Positions 26,886 through 40,900 are shown, counted from the stretch's first letter. The stretch: DNA of 64,000 bases from Octopus sinensis (GCF_006345805.1 NC_042999.1:9858001-9922000), one strand, 5' to 3'. Numbers and translations: made by a program. The notes: a model not told the origin generated them from the sequence alone.

Positions 26886-27209
26886 TTATTAGTGCACGCG
26901 GGCTACGGTTGAGAGAATGTTACTGGGGACAAATGACAAAAACCAGTGGGGAGTTTTCACAGAAGCCATTCTCGAAAAGAACAAGCGTGGCCAATAAACA
27001 ACAACATGGCAGCCTTTCCACGTCCACCAAAATGAAAAAAATGTCTGCCTTTGTTAGAGTTAATTAACGATATTAGTCTGGCGAGTATATTAATAGCGTT
27101 CACATGCATGTATAGACATGCGCGCACAAGGATAAGCACAGAAACACACTCAGATTTAAACATACACTCACATGCACACACATATATATCATGCTATCTA
27201 TCGTTTTTT

Positions 27210-27470
27210 TTTTTTTTGTTTCAGTCATTAGACTGCGGCCATGCTGAGGCAGCGCATTGAAGAATTTTTAGCCGGATGAATCGACCCCAGTACTTGTTAT
27301 TTATTTATTTATTTAATTTATTATTCTTTTTTTTTTTTTGGTTAAGCCTGATACTTATTCTATCGGGTTTTTTTTGTCGAACTGCTAGGTTATGGGGGCA
27401 TACCAACATGCCAGCACTAGTTGTCGAGCGGTGGTGGGATGGACAAACACAGACATAAAAACATACACAC
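27210..27470 (-). mobile_element. SINE family A, 3' half
   Basis: GTTTCAGTCATTAGACTGCGGCCATGCTG...GACAAACACAGAC. Confidence 0.8.
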
Positions 27471-27608
27471 ACACACACATCTATATTAGTAGCTCTTTCG
27501 GGTGTGTAGTAAAGTGATATTTATCTCTCAGTGGGTGGTGTACATTTTTGTTGATTCTACCTCTATATATTTACACACACACACACACACCACACACATA
27601 TACATATT

Positions 27609-27639
<31 letters not shown>

Positions 27640-27664
27640 GATAGATATTTATATATATATATAG

Positions 27665-27729
<65 letters not shown>

Positions 27730-28341
27730 CCCATCCTTCTCTAATTCCCTTTTTTTGCCTTTCACTATTTTCTATCTGTCTGCCTGTCTGTCTCTCTCTT
27801 TCTGTTCTCTCTCTCGTTGCTCACACCTGACCATCGTCCAACTTTTTTTCCTCATGTGACCATCTTTCTTTTCCTGCACGGACGTTCTAAGGACTGGACG
27901 TCCCCTATCTCTCTCTTCTATCTTTTCTCTATTCAAAGAAAATATTTCTCCAGCGTTCACTATTTTCCCCTCGTTCTGGTCTAACGACCCTCCATATTTG
28001 TTTTCGTTCGGTTTCCTTGTATGTCTCCACTGTCATGTTTTTCTTCCCAACTTTGACCCTCCATAAATCCCAAATTTTATTGTGGTACTCATGGGAGCAA
28101 CTGTCTTCGAATACTCATATTGTTCTTGATTGCCCGAAATGGGAAGCAGATAGACAGCCGACAACTGATGAAGAGTTGTTCTTTGTATTCTTTGCATTAC
28201 TTGTTCTGTTTTCCATTTTTCCTCTCGTTTGCGTATTTAACTTATTTGTTTTCACATTTCATGTTCTTTACTGTTGGTGACGTCCTGTACCCAATAAATG
28301 CATATATATTATTATTTATTATATTATTATTATATATTATT

Positions 28342-28429
<88 letters not shown>

Positions 28430-29263
28430 TATATACACACACATACAACATTCATACATACATCATATATATATATATATTTCCGCTCCACCGGTCACTC
28501 CTTGCAACACCATCTGTGTTCGGTTTGTCTTACACAGAGGCCATCCGGATCCGTTGCGCAGCCGTGAACAGGAATTAATCTTCTCTCTTCGCTCTATACG
28601 CCATTTGGTCTCAACTCTCCCCCCTCCTCATCTAACCCCCTCTCCCCCCTCCTCACCTATCCTTTCTCCCCCCGACCCCTACTTCTTCAGTCCTTCATCC
28701 TTTCACCCCCTACTCCCTTCCCTTCTTCCCTCTTTCTCCTCCCTCTTCCCCTTCCCTCTGCTCCTCCACTCCCTCTCTCCCCTTCTCTCTCTCCCCCCCC
28801 CCCTCCCTCTTTCTACTTCATCCCCCTCCTCACCTTCTTCTACCCCATAGTCTCCTCTTCCCCCTTCTTCCTCCCCCTCTTCTTCCCCTCCCCTTCTCTC
28901 CCCCTCTTCTTCCCCCTCCCCCTCTCTCCCTCACTACACCCAAAGGACTTTACATAATCACATCAACATTATGATGTGCCATACTAATACACACACCAAT
29001 AATAATACTAAATACGTACTAATACACAACTAGTACATACTAATACATACACCAACCCTATACATACACACATCCAGACCCCTCCCACGCACTTTTAGCT
29101 GGCCCTCAACCCTTTTATCAACCCTATTATCTCCCTTATTTCGCTCTCGCGTCTCATGTTTGATCTTTGACCTCTGGCCGAAATCAGATCGCCATGTTGA
29201 TTCGTTAGCTACTGCACGCATTTTTTTTCTCTCCTTCTTTCTGTGTTTTTCTCTCTCTGTGTA

Positions 29264-29301
29264 TCTTTCTGTTGAAGAGCGTAGGCTCGAAACGTTAAAG
29301 A
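29264..29301 (+). ncRNA. Minimal hammerhead motif in the upstream pLTR
   Basis: TCTTT-CTGTTGA-A-GAGC GTAG GCTC-GAAAC GTT-AAAGA; palindromic ACGT stem III; A6U core deviation. Confidence 0.65.
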
Positions 29302-30009
29302 CTTGTTTTATTTATATTTCCTGAGCGCCATACTAATACAATTGTTCGTTTGTTTCCACCTGCCTTCGTCTTTTGTTTATTTTCATAAAGCTTCCCGTTA
29401 TATATTATGCGCTCACGTGGTCTCACTTTCATCCTATATTCTACCAATACCACTATCAACACTTACCTCTACCTTGGATTTCTTTACCTCTTGGATACTT
29501 ACCATGGCTGCACCTCTCTTTCGCGGATCAAAGTGACTTTGCATTGATGTGAAATCCTTAAAAAATATACCACGACGTCTACACATTTCTCACCTTGAAC
29601 TTTCAACCTTGAACTTGTTCGCATAAACTGTCCCGTTTGTTGTATTTTTATTTCTCTTATATTACCACTTTTTTTACATTCATTTCATGCTTCCCACATT
29701 TTCCTGAATTTTTGTTCTCCTTTCCGTCTTTCTTCCCTCTCTGGATGTCCATACTCCGTTTCCTCTGCCTGCACCCCCTTTTTTTGCCTCCCCCTCTCTC
29801 TGCTCCCTTCTTTCTTTCCCTTTTCGTTTGCCCCGTCTTTTCTGCCCCTATCGCTTACTTATCTAGTTTTTTCATACGATTATTATTTTTTGTTTTTTTG
29901 AACGTTTGTTTTTCCCTTTTTGCGATCCTTTTTTCTATTTTTTCATACGATAATTTTTTGTTTTTTGTTTTTTTTGTTTTTTCGAACGTTTTTTTTCCGC
30001 TATCCCATC

Positions 30010-32900
30010 ATGCCGGATCCTAGGTCCTACCTCCTCACCCTCCATCACCGTTTGAAGGATCATCTACGTTCGCTTCCTGTATATTGCCTTCAGCCGTCCG
30101 TTAATCTCTCTCTACTTCTTTTTAAAAAAACCCGCTTCTCTAGCCATGTCTCTTTCCTAAGCCGCTGCCTACATCACCGACTCATCCCTAAAGGTTTCCG
30201 CCTCCACTTCCACCCTGCTCTCCACTCGGATTCTTCCATCTTACCCATACTCCGCACCACATCTTACCGCCTTATGCGGGCCACCATTCGCTCCAATCTC
30301 TCCAAACTACATGCCATCAACCGCCTTCTTCCTCCTGCTTTCTCCACCTTCTTCTCCTCTCTGCCGCCTCTCTATGCTCCAAACACGCTACGCTTCATTA
30401 TCCATTTGAATCAACTCTTCCATCAATTTCTTTCTGATACCAAACTCGTAAACTCCAATCACTCTTCCATTCCACCCTACCCGACGCCACTACCCCACAA
30501 CTCCCACCACCCTTCTCCCCCCGATAGGCTCCATCCACCCACACCTAACCCCACTGCCCCTCCCTACAACCCCTTCTCCCCTCCCGTTAGGCTCCATCCA
30601 CCTACACCTAACCCTACTGCCCCGCCCAACCACCCCCACACCTCCCCAATCCCTCCCCCTCAGACCTCCACGAGACCTACCACCCCTCCTACTTCTATTC
30701 CACCCACCCCTTCTCCACTTCCGTCTGTTGTTACCATTCCCCCGATCTTCCCCTCTCTGCGGCTGAACGCTCCGTCCTTGGTAGGGGTCTGCGTTTCATC
30801 CCCCTCACTCCATCCTGTAAGGAATTCCAGACGCGAGTTGATGTCCACAGCTTTGTGCGCCGTGTCCGGTTGGGTGCGCATTACCACGACTCGCCACCCA
30901 CACCCCACGAAGAGGACGACTGCTTCACTGGCCTGGGCCGCCGACCATCCCCGTGGACGCCTGCCCCTGGCCAGATCCTAGCAGTGGATCTTTTCGCGGG
31001 CGCTTGTCAGCGTGCATTGGAGCGGTTCAACTTCTCCAGGCGCCAACGCCGCCTCAACATCTCCCCGGCTGAGCTCTTGGCTCTTCGTTCCCTCCAACGG
31101 CGCGCTGACATTATCATCAAACCGGCTGACAAGGGTGGAGCTGTAGTGGTGTGGCGCGCGGACCTCTATAGGGCCGAGGCTTTCCGCCAACTCAATGACA
31201 CCTCCTTCTATTCCCCTCTGCCCTCTAACCCCACACGTAGCTACCAACAGACGGTATCCTCTACTGTCCAAGACCTCATCTCGTCCTCCCGTCTCCCCCG
31301 CACCGCATCCAACCTAATTGTGCGAACCCCACGTACCCCCACCATTTACTTCCTCCCCAAAATCCACAAACCCAACAACCCTGGCCGCCCCATCGTCTCC
31401 GCCTGTAACTGCCCCACGGAGCTCATCTCTAAATACCTCGACCGTGTCCTTGCCCCCCTAGTGGCATCTCTTCCCTCCCACATCCACGATACCAACCATG
31501 CTCTCCGGCTTTTCAACTCTTTCTCCTTTCCTCCCGGCTCCTCCAAAATCCTTTTTACTATGGACATCCAAAGCCTCTATACTGTTATCCCTCACCACGA
31601 AGGACTGCAGGCCCTTCGACACTTTCTTGACCTCCGCTCTAACCCTGTACCTGACACCTCCACACTCATTCGTCTGGCCGAACTTGTCCTTACTCTGAAC
31701 TGCTTCTCGTTCGCGGGCGAGTTCTACCATCAGGTCTCGGGAGTGGCCATGGGAACGCGAATGGGCCCCAACTATGCGAACCTGTTCGTTGGCTATGTTG
31801 AGGCCCAAATATTCTCTAATTTCACTGGTCCCACTCCTGAACTATATGGTCGTTATATTGACGACATTATCGGTGCCACCTCACTCTCCCGCGAACATCT
31901 AGATTCCTTCCTCTCTTCGTCCAATCTTTCCATCCAGCCCTCCACTTCACTTCCACTATCTCCAACACCTCTGTCTCCTTCCTCGACATTTCGGTTAGCA
32001 TTCTTCACTCCACTCTTACCACCTCCATTCACTACAAACACACAGACTCACACTCATACCTCAACTTCTCTTCCTCCCACCCAACACACCAAGCTTTCCA
32101 TCCCCTATTCCCAATTCCTCCGTCTACGTAGGCTCTGTAGTGACGACCATGACTTTGAGACTCAGTCTCAACGTATGGCTCACCACTTCACCCTACGTGG
32201 ATACCCCCTCACCACTATCCACACCGCCCTTGCCAGAGCACGGTCCGTGGACCGTGTATCTGCTCTCTCTCCCCGAACCCGCCCTGTAGTCTCCCGCCTC
32301 CCTTTTCCCCTCACTTACCACCCCACGACCCTACGTCTCCAACGCACCATTCTTCGAGCTTTCCGTCATCTCCAGTCCGACCCGTCCACTTCACACCTCT
32401 TCCCTAACCGACCCCTCCCCTCTTTCAAACGAGCCCACAACCTTCGAGACCTTTTGGTCCATAGCTCCTTCCCTGACCCTACCTCCCAACCCGGCTCGTT
32501 CCCCTGCTCCCGCCCACGTTGCCGCACTTGCCCTTACCTCTCCAACACCACCGCCCTCACTAGCACCCACCATCGACCCTATCCCATCATCCACTCCTTC
32601 ACCTGCACCTCCAGCAATATTATCTATTGCATCTCTTGCTCTCTCTGCAATCCTTGTACATCGGACAAACGGGACGCCGCTTGGCTGACCGGTTCGCGGA
32701 ACACCTTCGTGACATCCACCTTGCGAACGACACACCGGTCTCACGCCATTTCCGCTCCACCGGTCACTCCTTGCAACACCTATCTGTGTTCGGTTTGTCC
32801 TTACACAGAGGCCATCCGGATTCCCGTTTGCGCCGTGAACAGGAATTAATCTTCTCTCTTCGCTCTTATACGCCATTTGGTCTCAACTCTCCCCCTCCTC
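30010..32900 (+). pseudogene. PLE polyprotein, RT plus GIY-YIG endonuclease, split by frameshifts
   Basis: IKPADKG, LPKIHK, FTMDIQSLYT, GVAMGTRMGPNYANLF, RYIDDI; CSRPRCRTC linker; NIIYCISC...LYIGQTGRRLADRFAEH; frameshifts may be assembly indels. Confidence 0.92.
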
Positions 32901-33744
32901 ATCTACCCCCCTCTCCCCCCCTCTCACCTATCCTTTCTCCCCCCCGACCCCTACTCTTCAGTCCTTCATCCTTTCACCCCTACTCCCCTTCCCTTCTTCC
33001 CTCTTTCTCCCTCCCTCTTCCCTTTCCCTCTGCTCCCTCACTCCCTCTCTCCCCTTCTCTCTTCCCCTCTCCCTCTTTCCTCTTCATCCTCCTCACCTTC
33101 CTCTCCCCCATCCTCTCCTCTTCCCCCTTCTCCTCCCCCTCTTCTTCCCCCCCCTCTCTCCCCCCTCTTCTCCCCCCCCCCCCCTTCTCCTCACTACACC
33201 ACATGACTTTACACATCACATCACATATGATGTGCCATACTAATACACACACCAACTAATACATACTAATACGTACTAATACATACTAGTACATACTAAT
33301 ACTTACACCAACCCTATACATACACACGTCCAGACCCCGCATACGCACTTATACTCTCTCTCACACACACACACACACCTATACATACCAATACGTACTA
33401 ATACATACTAATACATACTAATACATACACCAACCCCATACATACGCACGTCCAGACCAATCTTACGCACTAATACTCTCTCATACACACACACACACAC
33501 ACAACACACCCTTATACATACTAATACATACACCAACCCTATACATACACACATCCAGACCCCTCCCACGCACTTTTAGCTGGTCCCTCAACCCTTTATC
33601 AACCCTATTATCTCCCCTTATTTCGCTCTCGCGTCTCATGTTTGATCTTTGACCTCTGGCCGAAATCAGATCGCCATGTTGATTCGTTAGCTACTGCACG
33701 CATTTTTTTCTCTCCTTCTTTCTGTGTTTTTCTCTCTCTGTGTA

Positions 33745-33782
33745 TCTTTCTGTTGAAGAGCGTAGGCTCGAAACGTTAAAGA
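33745..33782 (+). ncRNA. Minimal hammerhead motif in the downstream pLTR
   Basis: Identical to 29264-29301. Confidence 0.65.
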
Positions 33783-34596
33783 CTTGTTTTATTTATTTTC
33801 CTGAGCGCCATACTAATACAATTGTTCGTTTGTTTTCCACCTGCCTTCGTCTTTTGTTTATTTTCATAAAGCTTCCGTTATATATATATATATTATATTA
33901 TATAATATATATATATTATATTATTATATATATATAATATATAATGTGTGGTGTGTGTGGGTGTTTTTGTTTTTGTGTGTGCGCCGTATATATAGATAAT
34001 ATATATATGATGGGGTCTTTTCAATTTCCGTCAACAATCTACTTACAAGGCTTTGTCGGTCGAGACTAAAGGAGAAGACCACTGCCAAGTACAACGCCAG
34101 TTGCCTATGAATGATATATCTATAGTTTATATATACAGTGTATTAAGTTTTGGTGCTGATGATGCCCGAAGCACCAAGAAGGATTTTGTTTAGAACTCCC
34201 GCTCGCTGGAAGAAACCCCAACCGAGAGAAGCGAATGAGGGGGGGAAAACAAAGGAAATATGGTGAGTGCCGGGGCTATGCCAAAGCAATAAGTAGCAAG
34301 CAAGGTTTAATCCCCATACCGAGATGAGAGCAGAAAGCTGCAGGTCTGACCTCTGCAGTCTTCACAACACGATGAACATATCAGGGGGCAAATATGGCTT
34401 TAGATCAGGAGACTTAAACCCTGTCAAGAGACAGTGCTACGATAACTAACTCGATAAACTCCAGCTGGGACGCCTGCGTGAGAGTGTCCGGGTTGAAAAA
34501 CACAAAACAGCTAATGACCCCAAGGAACATCAATGATGATGTGCGCCCAGGAGCAGCACAGGATGATGTCTGGAAAAATATATTTATTTATATGAT

Positions 34597-35000
34597 ACTA
34601 GCAGTATCGCCGGCGTTGCTCGGGTTTGTAAGGGAAATAACTATATAAGCATTTTTAGAGAGTATAAGCCAAAAAATAGCAAAAAAAATGCATTAAAAAT
34701 GGAAAAAAATGATGGTAAATTTTTTTTAAATCGTTGACTCATCGTAGACATTTTTAGAGAGTTACTTCCCTTATATAATAGCGAAAAAAAAAAAAATGCA
34801 TTAAAATGAAAAAAAGAATTATGGGTAAATTTTTTTTAAATCGTAGACTATCGTAGATGCGCGCTAATGCCCAGAAGGGCTCGATATGAATCACGACTAT
34901 AAGATAACCCGGTTTTGGTTTAAAATGCACGCAAACTGTGGGAGTATTAGGAATCTAAATCGTAGGAGACAGACACACAACTTGACTTTTATATATAAAG
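34597..35000 (+). mobile_element. Helitron-like non-autonomous element, second subfamily
   Basis: Same 5' and 3' termini as the 4141 element with a different interior that contains a ~90-bp tandem duplication. Confidence 0.65.
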
Positions 35001-35039
35001 ATTTATATTGATTTCGAATTTTGGCAGAAGCCAACAATT

Positions 35040-35210
35040 TCAGAGTAGATGGTAAGCGATGACATGGACCCCAGTGTTCAGTGGTACTATATTATCGAGC
35101 TCGAAGGGATGAGAAGCAAAGTCAGCCCCGTGGTATTTGAACTCAGAACCTCAAGCAGAGAAGAAATGTTGCTAAGCAATTTCTCTGGCGCCGTAACGAT
35201 TCTAACAGTC
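35040..35210 (-). mobile_element. SINE family B, degenerate
   Basis: Reverse complement of the TTCTGAGTTCAAAT...GGGTC core. Confidence 0.65.
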
Positions 35211-35445
35211 GCCGCTTTCTATATCGTATTATGTTACCCGGGGCGTTTTTGATATCTTGTTGCTTTCGATATATTTTGTTGTGTCAGAAAAGCTATTAAG
35301 TGAGGTTATTCGTTTAACCGAGAGCACGTTTTAATAGTCACTACAAACCGCAATGTCCCCCCAGAACAGTCCTTGTGTGACTCCGTTCATAATTATTGTA
35401 TTCTTTGAAAAGACAGACTGCAACAGCTTGCCCCACACCTCCCTC

Positions 35446-35545
35446 NNNNNNNNNNNNNNNNNNNNNNNNNNNNNNNNNNNNNNNNNNNNNNNNNNNNNNN
35501 NNNNNNNNNNNNNNNNNNNNNNNNNNNNNNNNNNNNNNNNNNNNN
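35446..35545. other. Assembly gap (100 N)
   Basis: Run of N. Confidence 1.
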
Positions 35546-35559
35546 ACATATGCATATAT

Positions 35560-35750
35560 CAACGTGTGTTTGTCTTTGTGCAAGTGTTTGTCCCCTACCA
35601 GCGCTTGACAACTACTGTTGGTTTGTTTACGGCCCTGATAGAATAAGTACTAAACTTAGAGCAAAACAAAGCACTGGGGTCGATTAAAAATTCAAGGCAG
35701 TGCCCCAGCATGGCCGCAATCCAGTGACTAAAACAAATAAAAGATAAAAG
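35560..35750 (+). mobile_element. SINE family A, 3' half
   Basis: GCTTGACAAC...GAATAAGTAC...CAGCATGGCCGCA. Confidence 0.75.
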
Positions 35751-36099
35751 AAAAAAGTAACCACAAATACGGAAAAGATATTATTTCTCTGCGACTGCAA
35801 AAATTTGTAATATTTCGCGAATGAAAGATTTCCAAGAGCATTTGCAGAAAACAGCACTGCTTGGAACCGCTCAAATACTCCGGAAGGTGCTCGAAAAATA
35901 AGAAGTGTTACCTTAGTTCACAGCTGACACTGTAGTACATCTCCAGCGTTACAAGCTGTGCAAAGGCAACAACAATAATAATAATAATAATAAAACAGAT
36001 TGCTATATATAATATATATATATATATATATATGGGGTGGGTATGTGTATATGTCGGTATATGCGTTTATGAATGTGTATGTGTGTATATATACATACA

Positions 36100-36378
36100 T
36101 ACATATCACCGTCACCGACCAGGCTATCAGATGTTGCTACACATCGCTGGTCACAATGCACTTCGCATTCTTTTAGCCTTCATATGACGCCACCCCGCTG
36201 GCTAAGCGAGCAGGCCAACAGAAAAAAGAGTGAAAGAGAGTTGTGGCGAAAGAGTACAGCAGGGATCACCACCATCCCCTGCCGGAGCTTCGTGGAGCTT
36301 TACGTGTTTTCGCTCAATAAACACTCACAACGCTTGGTCTGGGAATCGAAACCGCGATCCTACAACCACGAGTACGCT
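36100..36378 (-). mobile_element. Third tRNA-derived SINE family
   Basis: Minus strand B-box-like GGTTTCGATTCCC followed by a GC-rich body; ends at (TA)n. Confidence 0.6.
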
Positions 36379-36396
36379 GTATATATATATATATAT

Positions 36397-36466
<70 letters not shown>

Positions 36467-36509
36467 TATAAGAGAATACCAGGGTGGCTTCCTTCCCTCT
36501 ATTTATATA

Positions 36510-36735
36510 TTTGTTTCTTTATTACCCACAAGGGACTAAACATAGAGGGGAAAAACAAGGACAGACAAAGGAATTAAGTCGATTACCTCGACCCCAGTGC
36601 GTAACTGGTACTTAATTTATTGACCACGAAAGGATGAAAGGCAAAGTCGACCTAGGCGGAATTTGAACTCAGAACGTAACGGTAGAAGAAATACGGCTAC
36701 GCATTTCGCCCGGCGTGCTAACGTCTCTGCCAGCT
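36510..36735 (-). mobile_element. SINE family B, full length
   Basis: Reverse complement of the 8247 element. Confidence 0.85.
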
Positions 36736-37889
36736 AAATATAATTTATAGTCCTCGGACAGTTTTTAAGTAAGCTGACCACTGGTTTAAATTAATATTAT
36801 TTAATAATATTAATTTTTAACCTTATTATTTAAATTTATGTGTGTGTATGTGTATACATACATACATATATGTATGTATATATATATGCATACACACACA
36901 CACAAAGACTCATACACACACATATATATGAGTGTATATACATATACATATGCACACACATATTCCTTTCATTTCTTTTAACGCATAAATCACTCCGCTG
37001 CCTGATTAAAAACTTTGGTCCACATCTTTAATATTTCACAAAAAGAAAGGAAAAATATGACTAAACTCATGATTCTTGGAAGTTCTTTGTTTCTCACTGA
37101 AAACCCACTAAAACAAGATAGCTATCTTCTGCCGGTCCGATAGGTCGTCTGCTTACAATGACTCGATTTGTGTTATCTCGTATCTTTTGTAAACGGGTAG
37201 CTTTCTTTCCTCGGGTACTGACTTTCACAGATTGTTAATCAAGACACAGGGGCTAGCTGAAATAATATGTTCTTTTCGTCTTTGTTGTTTTTTGTTTATA
37301 TAATTTCATTCGTTGGTCCACGGCCATGCTGGGGCAACGCCTTCAAGGCGGCGATTTTGTTTCTGTACATCATTAACGACACCGGTGTTTAAACATAAAT
37401 TTCTTCTCTGCCAATATTCCAGCATTTCCGCCATTGAAAGAGTTAAACTTTTAGCAACAATATCTACACTTCTGACATATTTCCCAGTTACATCACAGCT
37501 AATGAACCCAAGAAAGAAATCAATGTTTACAAGAATTTATGTATTACATCTGAGTGTCCAATGGGTCAAGACCGCCACACGGTTTCGATTCTTTGTAGGA
37601 GGTGCTCCGTTTCCTTAAACCGCGAATTCTCCGCTTTCTGAAAAGAATGAATGTAACAACATCACGTTGGTTGATTTCCTTTTTATAAACTGAAATATAT
37701 ATTTACAAACGTTTCAAACCCTTTATTTCATTTCCTTTTATTGTAGTAGCTTAATAAGTTTACAAAATCAGTAATGTGTGTGTGTGTGTGTGGAGATATG
37801 TATGCATTTATAGTGGTATATATATATATATAATATATATATATATATATAGATATATATATATATATATATAATATAATATACACCGA

Positions 37890-38014
37890 TTAGAAATAAA
37901 GTACTTGGCTTACAAAGAATAAGTCCTGGGGTCGATTTGCTCGACTAAAGGCGGTGCTCCAGCATGGCCACAGTCAAATGACTGAAACAAGTAAAAGAGT
38001 AAAAGAGTAAAAGA

Positions 38015-38015
<1 letters not shown>
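37890..38015 (+). mobile_element. SINE family A, 3' end
   Basis: GGCTTACAAAGAATAAGTCCTGGGG...GTAAAAGAGTAAAAGAG. Confidence 0.85.
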
Positions 38016-38065
<50 letters not shown>

Positions 38066-38699
38066 CATACATGTATACAACACACACACCACGCACACAT
38101 ACATACATACATACATACATCATACATACATACATACATACATACACACACACACATATATATATTATGGATCATTAATAAATTAATTAATTAAGCAATT
38201 ATATAGGGGTCATTAATTAATGTCTGGTGATGTCGAACATGGAGAAATATAAAAAAGTACCCCAAGCCCAATCTGTTCTGCTAAATTACACACAGACCAA
38301 CAACAACAACAACAACAACAAGTTGGTTAAGCCTCAGAAAATAAATAAATTCAAGAAACATAACGAAGTATAAAAAAACAATACTGTCTCTCTCTCTCTC
38401 TCTCCTCTCTCTCACTCTTTCTCTCTCATTTCCTCTGTCTATCTGATTCTCACTCTATGACGTTTCTTCTGCCTTTCACTCTCTCTTTCTCTTTTTCTCT
38501 CTCTGTCTTTCTTTCCAGCTTTCTCTTTCTCGCTCACTCTTCATATCTCTCTCTCCCTCTCCATTTCCCCCTCTCTCTCCCTCTCTCTTTCTCTCTCTCT
38601 CTTTTCTCTTCTCTCTCTACTCCTCTCTTTCTCTCTTCTCCTCACTCACTCTCCCTCCCCTTCTCTCTCTCTCTCTCCCTCTCCCTCTCTCTTCTCTCA

Positions 38700-38749
<50 letters not shown>

Positions 38750-39598
38750 CCCATGAATTTCATCTTCATTTTTCCATCTCTGTGATTGTTTCTTTCGAAC
38801 CATGAGACTGTGGGATTTATGTAGGTATATATTGCGTGTGTGTGTGTGTCTGATCTTGGGCGTGTGTGCGTGTGCTAAAAGTACTGAAACCTATACAAGT
38901 CTAATTAGAAGAACATCAAAATGAAAGAATTCTAAGGGAGAAAAAATCCTTTTCCTTCTTCGAAACAATAAGCGGGAAAATGAAGAATATACACCACGCC
39001 CCGTCGATCTCTCTCTCTCTTCCCTCTCTCTCTCTCTCCCTCTCTCATTCGTTCTCACTCACAGACTCTCCCTTTCTCTCTTTCACTATACGTGTCTTTC
39101 TGGGATTTCTCTACATTTATAAACACACACACACACACACACACACACACGATATATGTGTATGTATATATAAATTCTTTATTCTTTTTTTCTTCTTTTT
39201 ACTTGTTGCAGTCATTTGACTGTGGCCATGCTGGAGTACCCCAGCCACCACCACCACCACGGTTACTACTACTACGAACAACAGTCTCTGCTGCTACTGC
39301 CATTTCAGGCACTGACCATTGCCTTAGTTCTATTCGAACACATGAGACATCTATTATGCTTACTCCCCACAAAAAACCACCACGTGGATTCTGTTGAGAC
39401 CAGTAAGAAACAATTATGAACTTTTTTATCACACTTAACTTTTTAAAATATTTTTGATAAGGTTCGTTTTTTCAAGAAGCGAAACATGTAAAATTTCTAA
39501 GAAAATTAAATTTATCTTATATAGTGGCGTTTTCAAACTCTTTTTTATAAATATATACCCACTCGTATACGACCTACACTTATTATAACATACATATA

Positions 39599-39696
<98 letters not shown>

Positions 39697-40096
39697 TATA
39701 TATATATAAGTTCAGCAAACAATTTAGATTCAAATGAATATGGTACTTAATTTAGATGCACCAGAATTTGTATGATATTAACCCATAAAAATATGCGGGG
39801 TGATTATAATCAAAAATAAGCCAACAAGAATGGATCCGGTAATTTAGTACAATTGTTTCATACTATAACATTTTATTAAAAGCTGTAAATATTACAGCAG
39901 ATATATGTCAAGTAATCTTCAGCTAATTTTATATAGGTTTTCCAATAATATAAAGTTCTCAAATCAATTAGTAACAATTGGTGTATAATATATATATATA
40001 TATATATCGGGGAGAGTTCACGAAAAAAACAAAAACGAAGACAGGTGGTGTACAAAACAAACAGATGTATTAGTATAACGCTCGAGAATAGAAAAA

Positions 40097-40138
40097 GTCT
40101 TTTACGTTTCGAGCCTACGCTCTTCTTCAGAAAGGGAC
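40097..40138 (-). ncRNA. Minimal hammerhead ribozyme with canonical core
   Basis: CTTT-CTGAAGA-A-GAGC GTAG GCTC-GAAAC GTA-AAAG. Confidence 0.75.
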
Positions 40139-40244
40139 ACAGAAAAAACAAGGAGAGAAAAAATGTGTGTAGTGGCTAACGATCTAACATGGCATCGGCA
40201 CACACACTTTTTTCTTTCCTAGTTTGTCTCCTTGATTTTTCTGT

Positions 40245-40286
40245 GTCCCTTTCTGTAGAAGAGCGTAGGCTCGAAACGTAAAAGAC
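40245..40286 (+). ncRNA. Minimal hammerhead motif (A6U)
   Basis: CTTT-CTGTAGA-A-GAGC GTAG GCTC-GAAAC GTA-AAAG. Confidence 0.65.
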
Positions 40287-40370
40287 TTTTTCATTCCCGA
40301 GCGTTATACTAATACATCTGTTTGTTTTGTACACCACCTGTCTTCGTTTTGTTTTTTCGTGAACTCTCCC

Positions 40371-40441
<71 letters not shown>

Positions 40442-40599
40442 TATATATTTACAATGGTTCATGTTAAGAAAAATATTTTCATATCTCAACAATTTTTCAA
40501 GCCAATCACATGGAGGAATGGTGCCGTGCGGTCAGGCTAAAACACAACCTTCAATAGTTTCGGTGCTTTTATTTCTTAAGTGTGGAACTTAGTCTATCT

Positions 40600-40756
40600 C
40601 TGGTATTTGCCAAACCGCTAACTTACAGAGACGCAAACACAGCCACACCGGTTTTCAAACGGTGGTGATGGACAAACACAAACACACACACACACATATA
40701 TATACATACAAACACACACATACATACACACCCATATATATACATGTATGTATATG

Positions 40757-40814
<58 letters not shown>

Positions 40815-40900
40815 TGTGTGTGCGTCTGGGCAAGGTGCCGCAGAAACGAATTGTAACCGGAACCATGTGATTAGGAAGTAAACTTCATACGACACCACCA
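40600..40900 (-). mobile_element. SINE family A, degenerate
   Basis: CCGCTAACTTAC...GACAAACAC...CCGGAACCATGTG. Confidence 0.7.

Larger units (their letters stand above)
28481..33880 (+). mobile_element. Penelope-like element (probably Neptune-type) with tandem pseudo-LTRs
   Basis: 28481-29400 repeats 32750-33880; central RT + GIY-YIG ORF; (TA)n on both flanks. Confidence 0.93.
40008..40372. mobile_element. Foldback non-autonomous PLE derivative with two opposed hammerheads
   Basis: 40008-40157 is the reverse complement of about 40227-40372; related to the pLTR end of the 28481 PLE; flanked by (TA)n. Confidence 0.85.

Noticed and set aside
26530-26912. Acceptor followed by a Gly/Asp-rich ORF
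   Set aside because: The ORF is explained by GGT/GAT repeats
34150-34180. TTGGTGC-TGATGA...CGAA-GCACCAA hairpin
   Set aside because: Lacks stems II and III of an HHR and has no proper D box for a snoRNA; the surrounding 34090-34570 is probably an unclassified retroelement UTR
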